A stretch of DNA of 64,000 bases from Pontiella sp. GTDB taxonomy: Bacteria; Verrucomicrobiota; Kiritimatiellia; Kiritimatiellales; Pontiellaceae. How positions within the stretch are numbered: position 1 is the stretch's first letter; each line of letters opens with the position of its first letter. The translations under genes and the position numbers were made by a program. This document shows positions 58,776-64,000 of the stretch, one piece after another. The DNA is taken from assembly GCA_050290185.1 (NCBI GenBank), contig JBNKHE010000001.1:450713-514712 (forward strand), given 5' to 3'. The notes beneath the pieces were generated by a model, which saw only the letters and a program-made list of their open reading frames with translations, had not been told where the DNA came from and did not search any database.

Positions 58776-61172
58776 CTAAATCTTCTCAAGCGCATGCTCC
58801 CATTTGCTGTCGAGAGCCTTTGCCACGGCGTTTTCCTGAAGCCGGTCATACAGGTTGTGACTGGTGACGATATTTTTCATCGCCTCGAACATTTCATCCG
58901 GCGTACGGGCGCCAACCACTATGCCCGATCCGTGCGACTCGACGATTTCCTGCGGGCCTCCTTCGTTCGATACGATCGCCGGCAGGCCGCAGGCATGGGC
59001 TTCGAGCACCACGTTTCCGAACGTGTCGGTCAAGCTCGGGAAAACAAACATATCGGCGCTGGCATAGGCCTTGGCCAGTTCCTCGCCGTAGAGATAGCCG
59101 GTAAAAACAATCTGCGGATCATTGTATTTCAACTGCATCTCATCGCGCTGCGGGCCATCGCCCACGAGAATCAAATCGGCATTGCATCCGGATTCGATCA
59201 AGCGCGCAAACGCCTTGAGCATGACCTCGATATTCTTTTCCTTTGAGATGCGTCCGGCATAGATGAACTTGAAGCTGCCGTTCAGCCCGTATTCGTTCCA
59301 GAGTTCGCGGTTGCGGAAGGAGGGATTGAACTTGTCGCGGTTAATGCCGCGCGGCATGACTTCGATGTTTGCGCCATCAAAGCCACCATCCATCAACAAC
59401 CGCTTGTACTGCTTCGTTGGAACCAGAACCTGATCCACCTTGCCGTAGAACCAGCGCATGAAACGCCATGCCGTTTCACCGAGTTTTTCGTCCTCGGTGA
59501 TGTCGGCGAAGAAGCGCGGAAAATCGGTGTGGTAGATCCCCTTGGTCGACAGGCCCAGCATTTTGGCAGCCCCCAGCGCGCAGATGCCGAGGGGACCCGG
59601 TGTGGAGATGATGACCTCGTCAAATTCCTCCTGTTCGAAGTAGGCCAGCAGTTCCATGAAGGGCGGATAGCTGATGAGGAGCGATTCATATTCCGGCAGC
59701 TTGAACGAGCCAACCGGCTTGAAGTTCTTTATGGGAAAGTCGGCTACAGGATCTTCGTCCTGGCTAGTAATGACAGTGATGTCCTTTTCAACCCCCTTGG
59801 CCATGCCGGCCAGTGTACGGATGGTTTTCGTGACCCCGTTGACGTCGGAAAACGTATCGGTGACCCATGCCTTTTTCCCACTCTTCTGCCGCAACCCGGA
59901 CGAACCGGCGAAATGCTCCGTCACCTCGCGCAGAAACTTCTCATCCTTGTGCTGGGTCGAGAATGCCGTCAGGTACGGCGCAATGCCGAGCGCGACGGGT
60001 CCGAGCGAGGAGATCGCCTGCAACGAACCGATCAGCTCGCCGGAACGGATCTTCTTCGACGCCTTTTTCAGAAAGACAAAGCTCAACTCCTGGCTGAGTC
60101 GGCAAGCCGCCTTGAAGTTTACCGAATCCGTTTCGTCCTTAGGCACGGTGTCGTCAGATTCTTCGAGTACCCGGGAAAATTCTTCGATGATCATCTGTTC
60201 GATCTCGTTCATCTGCTTCTTGACGTAGGCCTGCTTGACCTTCTTCCGAAACGCCGCGCGCACGCTGGCGCGGAAGCCGGTGGCCTCGGGCTCTTTCTCG
60301 TTCGGCTGTTCCGCGAGGTTTTTCAAGACGGCACCCATCACCGAACGGTCCGGGGTGCCGGGTGCCAGAAAGCGGTCCTTATAGTAGCAGTAGGCAATCC
60401 GGTAGAGACTATTTGCCAGCCGCACGCTGGTTCCGCCGGTGCCGCCGGGTTCATGCTGTCCCTCCCGTACATATTCCAGAAAATCAATCACGCTCGGCGC
60501 ATGGGGAGTCACCGTGTAGGCACTGGCCACGTAAAGACCGCCGTGGTCGTCCGACCCGCCGGTCAATGTCTTGTTCCACGGCTCCAGACCAACCGGTTGG
60601 ATATCGTGGCGGTCGGCCATCTCGTTGATCATCTCCGGCGTCAGGCTCTTGAACACCACATTGCCGATATCGCAGGCACGCGGCACGCGCGAACCATTAA
60701 TACCCTCGAAGCGATTGAACATCAGGATCAGCTTTTCAAACTGGGCGATAGTCAACTTGTCATTGATGCGGAAGAGCGGATGGGCAATCGTATGGATAAC
60801 CCGGTTTTCATTCATGTACTGCTGCAGGTCATGGATGTTTTCCCGTAGACTCTGCATCTCATGGAACTGCTTTTCCGTGATGCCGGTCACGAGGCAGTGG
60901 ATCTTGCAGCCGTTTTCCGGGAAGTAGGTGGTCAGTTCGCTCGAAAGAAAAGTACCCGGCAGATGGGCGATCTCGCACGCGCCACGGATGCAGTTGTGGT
61001 CGGAGATGGTGACGTAGTCCATACCTGCCGCCTTGCAGGAATCATAGACGTCCAACGGCTCCATGAAACTTTCCGGCGCACCGATCCGGCGCAGGAACCA
61101 TTCGCTCGGGCGGTTGGAATATTTGCTATGAACATGTAGATCGGCCCTGGATATGCGCGTATTCGTTTTCAT
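58776..61172 (-). CDS. PHP-domain / GT4 glycosyltransferase fusion
   Basis: PHP motifs DLHVHS, SDHN, AHP, GSDDH; GT4 motifs YHTDFP, GRISKEK, DTFGNVVLEA.ACGLP. Confidence 0.88.
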   Translation of the reverse strand: MKTNTRISRADLHVHSKYSNRPSEWFLRRIGAPESFMEPLDVYDSCKAAGMDYVTISDHNCIRGACEIAHLPGTFLSSELTTYFPENGCKIHCLVTGITEKQFHEMQSLRENIHDLQQYMNENRVIHTIAHPLFRINDKLTIAQFEKLILMFNRFEGINGSRVPRACDIGNVVFKSLTPEMINEMADRHDIQPVGLEPWNKTLTGGSDDHGGLYVASAYTVTPHAPSVIDFLEYVREGQHEPGGTGGTSVRLANSLYRIAYCYYKDRFLAPGTPDRSVMGAVLKNLAEQPNEKEPEATGFRASVRAAFRKKVKQAYVKKQMNEIEQMIIEEFSRVLEESDDTVPKDETDSVNFKAACRLSQELSFVFLKKASKKIRSGELIGSLQAISSLGPVALGIAPYLTAFSTQHKDEKFLREVTEHFAGSSGLRQKSGKKAWVTDTFSDVNGVTKTIRTLAGMAKGVEKDITVITSQDEDPVADFPIKNFKPVGSFKLPEYESLLISYPPFMELLAYFEQEEFDEVIISTPGPLGICALGAAKMLGLSTKGIYHTDFPRFFADITEDEKLGETAWRFMRWFYGKVDQVLVPTKQYKRLLMDGGFDGANIEVMPRGINRDKFNPSFRNRELWNEYGLNGSFKFIYAGRISKEKNIEVMLKAFARLIESGCNADLILVGDGPQRDEMQLKYNDPQIVFTGYLYGEELAKAYASADMFVFPSLTDTFGNVVLEAHACGLPAIVSNEGGPQEIVESHGSGIVVGARTPDEMFEAMKNIVTSHNLYDRLQENAVAKALDSKWEHALEKI

Positions 61173-61275
61173 GCCCGCAATATCGCTCCAACCCGTTAAT
61201 TACAGATTTGCCGACCGTTAGAATTGCGCAAGCACATAGCACCGTTCGAGCTGCTACGCAGACGGGACGATACGG

Positions 61276-62514
61276 CTAGGGATTTGTCCCTGCCGGATCG
61301 GGAACGGGCTTTTCATCTCCAGTACGTGGTCCGGGACAGCGTCCAACGATTTCCGGAACCGTGCCGCCGGCGCGGATGACCTGAATGCGGTCGCCGATCA
61401 TCAAATCCAGTGCGCGCAGATGATCGAGACTGTGCAAGCTGGCGCGCTCCAGGGTTGCTCCATTGAGGTCAACCGGTTCGAACAGGGCCACAGGCGTAAG
61501 ACGCCCCGTATCTCCGCGCGTCCACTCCACACCAATCAAGCGGGTCTCCACCGGTACGGACTTGTACTTTCTGGCCAACGCACCATTCGGATAGCGCGCA
61601 GTCATACCCATGCGTTGGAAGGCGGCACAATCATTCAACCTGATTACAATGCCGTCCGTCGGAAAAGGAAGACCGGCTCGTTTCAGATTCAGCTCGTTTA
61701 CCTGCTCCACAACTTCACAACCGGAAACGGCATGGCATTCAACCACCGGAAATCCCCATCCCAATGCCAAGGTCAGGCCGTTGATCTGGGTTTGGGGCAT
61801 GAAATCGATTTCGACGACATCAAAAATACAGCATGCAAGACCTCGCTGTGCCACCTCGGATAGATCTTTCATCCGCAAGGTTCCTGCCGCGCTGTTTCGT
61901 GGACTCTTAAGGGGATTTTGACCGGCCTGTCTGCGGCGCACATTCAAGGTCTCAAAAGCATCGAAGGGCATGAACACCTCGCCGCGCACTTCCAATACAG
62001 CAGGTGCATTCGTCAACACCAGCGGAACGCATCCCGTCGCCATGATCTGCGGCGTAACATCCATACCGGAAAGGCCATCTCCACGCGTCAACGCACGAAC
62101 CAGCTTTCCCTCCCGATAACGCAACACGACCGTTAATCCATCAATCTTCGGTTCCACACAATAGGTTTCATTGGTGCCGCATTTCTTCAGAAAATCCGCT
62201 ACGGCCTGATCGGAATAGGCTTTTTTCAGACTTAGCATCGGACGGGTATGCGGCACAGGAGAGTCCATGTCGGGCACATCCGCCCCAACACTGAACAGAT
62301 CGGGAAGATCTGGATAGTCGCCCCGTAGCTCTTCATATTGCTCGCGCAACGCGTCATACGCCGCATCACTCATGATCGGGTCGCCGGCATTATAGTAGGC
62401 CTCATCGGCCTGCTGCAAAACCGACCGAAGTGCCGCCGCCTGCCGCGCCACCTGCTCCGGCGTCGCGAAACAGGAGAGGCAGACCAGACTAAGAATCAAG
62501 AGTTGGATGCGCAT
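61276..62514 (-). CDS. Truncated NAD+-dependent DNA ligase-like protein with N-terminal signal peptide
   Basis: YY....P.MSD..YD, MLSL, EPKIDG, TRGDG, EVRGEV, PRN.AAG.LR, DGIV, TG..TPVA; ends after the OB fold. Confidence 0.85.
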   Translation of the reverse strand: MRIQLLILSLVCLSCFATPEQVARQAAALRSVLQQADEAYYNAGDPIMSDAAYDALREQYEELRGDYPDLPDLFSVGADVPDMDSPVPHTRPMLSLKKAYSDQAVADFLKKCGTNETYCVEPKIDGLTVVLRYREGKLVRALTRGDGLSGMDVTPQIMATGCVPLVLTNAPAVLEVRGEVFMPFDAFETLNVRRRQAGQNPLKSPRNSAAGTLRMKDLSEVAQRGLACCIFDVVEIDFMPQTQINGLTLALGWGFPVVECHAVSGCEVVEQVNELNLKRAGLPFPTDGIVIRLNDCAAFQRMGMTARYPNGALARKYKSVPVETRLIGVEWTRGDTGRLTPVALFEPVDLNGATLERASLHSLDHLRALDLMIGDRIQVIRAGGTVPEIVGRCPGPRTGDEKPVPDPAGTNP

Positions 62515-62617
62515 GCGTGCATGCTGGCACAATCAGACCGGCAGTCCAGCAAACATATAAGATAACTTTCTCTAGTCATCTCTTTCTTGCAAACAACTCC
62601 TTCGTGCGCGCGCGATA

Positions 62618-63592
62618 TCAACCGTTGGGCACGTTGATCTGGTCAATGTCGTACGGCGTAGCCTCGTAGATAATCATGATCCAATTCGCGTAGATGAACC
62701 CGATATGCCGCCACAGATTCAGCGGTTTTTGCGAAGGATCGTCGTGGGGAAAATAGTGTTCCGGCACGGGCTGGTCGGGATTGGCTGCGGCATCGCGGGT
62801 GTATTCCCGGTTCAACGTATCGGCATCGTATTCCGGATGGTTGAGAATATACACCCGAAGCGGAAAACGGCCCGTCCCCGTTACGCCGGGAGCGGATTCG
62901 ACGATAATGTTGGGACCCACGTCCGGCGCATGCGCCACCACTTCGAGCCGGTCGCATTCTGCCACCGCCTGGGGATCCGGCGATTTCCAGCGCGACACCG
63001 GCGTCGGGAAACGGTCGGGCAACCCGAACGCGATCCCCGTCGTATCGGAGCGGAGTTCATGATCATACACACCGAAGATCTTGGGATCCCCGGGAACGCT
63101 GTCGATGTCGTAGAAATATTTCAGCGCCGCCTTCGCCCCCCAGCACAGGAAAAGCGAGGAGAGCACATGCGTTTCGGACCAGTGCAAAACCTCCTCCACC
63201 TCCGGCCAAAAGACCTCCTCCTCGACACGGGGCTTGAGGGCGTTAACGCCGGTGATGATCATGCCGTCAAACTTCCGATCCTTGAGCGAACTCCAGCTTT
63301 GGTAGAAATCGGTGATATGTTCGGTGCTGGTATTCCTGGTTTTCCGTCCTTTGGAGATGGCTTCCATATAGGAATCCGTCGCGGCAAAGGTCAGATGAAC
63401 CTGCAACGGTGTGTGACCCAGCCAGTGCGCCAACTGCCGTTCCGTGGTCTGCTTGTCAGCCATCAGATTGAGAATCAGGATTTCCAGCGGGCGGATATCC
63501 TGACGATTGGCCCGTTCCTGATCGATCGCATTGGGAGAGCCCAACGACGGCAAAAATGGGTGGACGGCATCGCTTCTAACAATAACAGGCAT
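62618..63592 (-). CDS. metA: Homoserine O-acyltransferase, MetA family (divergent)
   Basis: QDIRPLEILILNLM..K..TE.Q, FDG.IITG, CWGA, HPEY, YFP.DDP. Confidence 0.88.
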   Translation of the reverse strand: MPVIVRSDAVHPFLPSLGSPNAIDQERANRQDIRPLEILILNLMADKQTTERQLAHWLGHTPLQVHLTFAATDSYMEAISKGRKTRNTSTEHITDFYQSWSSLKDRKFDGMIITGVNALKPRVEEEVFWPEVEEVLHWSETHVLSSLFLCWGAKAALKYFYDIDSVPGDPKIFGVYDHELRSDTTGIAFGLPDRFPTPVSRWKSPDPQAVAECDRLEVVAHAPDVGPNIIVESAPGVTGTGRFPLRVYILNHPEYDADTLNREYTRDAAANPDQPVPEHYFPHDDPSQKPLNLWRHIGFIYANWIMIIYEATPYDIDQINVPNG

Positions 63593-63629
63593 AATCTTAT
63601 CCTTGCTCTCAAAACTCCGGGTGAGCTGC

Positions 63630-63665
63630 ACCGCACCCTGTTCCTCGCCAGGGCATCGGTGGAAA
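63630..63665 (-). promoter_or_regulatory. Structured metA leader, possible SAM/SAH-riboswitch-like element
   Basis: Minus strand tttccACCGATGCCCTGGCgaggaacagggtgcggt; 14-nt loop ending CCTGGC. Confidence 0.3.
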
Positions 63666-63724
63666 TTCGTCGGATTATTGCACGAATCGAAAAAAGCTCA
63701 AGACCCGCTTTGCCCCGATCCTAG

Positions 63725-63769
63725 GTAGGGACAGCTGTCCCAGACGTCCATCCGGTGGCCCGCTCTACC
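63725..63769. repeat. REP-like element (GTAG head ... CTAC tail)
   Basis: gtagggacagctgtcccagacgtcc...cgctctacc. Confidence 0.5.
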
Positions 63770-63787
63770 GCTTTGCTTCCTATTCTA

Positions 63788-64000
63788 TCACTTAAAGATG
63801 GAATCGAAGCCCATGGCGGATTCGGAGGCGAAGTCGGGAACGGCCTTTTTGCCGAAGCGCTTCAGAAGCGGATAGAGCAAGGAGAGCATGTTGAGGGTGA
63901 CGATGCGGTCAACCAAGCGGTAACCGTGCTTGCCGCGGAACAGGATCCGGATCATCAGGCGCAGGTGCGCGCGGCGCAGCTTGAAGCGCGAAAAGTCGAG
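63788..64000 (-). CDS. C-terminal part of an unidentified protein running off the window
   Basis: Open frame ...LDFSRFKLRRAHLRLMIRILF...AMGFDSIFK* with host-like codon usage. Confidence 0.7.
   Translation of the reverse strand, partial: LDFSRFKLRRAHLRLMIRILFRGKHGYRLVDRIVTLNMLSLLYPLLKRFGKKAVPDFASESAMGFDSIFK

Overview
GC-rich bacterial chromosome segment with five blocks. (1) 1-17.1 kb: a Mo-type, group II-like nitrogen-fixation cluster (nifI1-nifI2-nifD-nifK, two small unknown genes, then sigma54-driven nifE-nifN-nifB-fdx-nifV) followed by two GAF-AAA+-HTH NifA-like activators. nifH is not in the window. (2) 17.2-20 kb: prmC, a MarC remnant, a SprT-like protease and glycerate kinase. (3) 20.1-29.7 kb: a cobalamin-riboswitch-led corrinoid uptake/salvage operon (btuB, exbB, exbD, tonB, btuF, btuD, btuC, cobQ, plus convergent cobO). 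It is interrupted between exbB and exbD by an 867-bp insert carrying a GxxExxY (PD-(D/E)XK) nuclease gene bounded by 30-bp inverted repeats; removing the insert in silico restores a coupled exbB/exbD junction. (4) 29.8-39.2 kb: housekeeping genes (larE-like, yjdM, pgsA, ftsK, orn, pta-ackA). (5) 39.5-56.9 kb: the str-S10-spc-alpha ribosomal superoperon without tuf, rpsN, rpmD or rpsD and with divergent EF-G and IF-1, followed by a HupE/UreJ protein, a PHP-GT4 fusion, a signal-peptide-bearing truncated NAD+-dependent ligase and a divergent metA. Many intergenic spacers hold short periodic palindromic repeats. Gene order suggests a PVC-superphylum organism (Kiritimatiellota/Verrucomicrobiota-like); this is inference only. 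All calls come from reading motifs by eye; no database searches were run.
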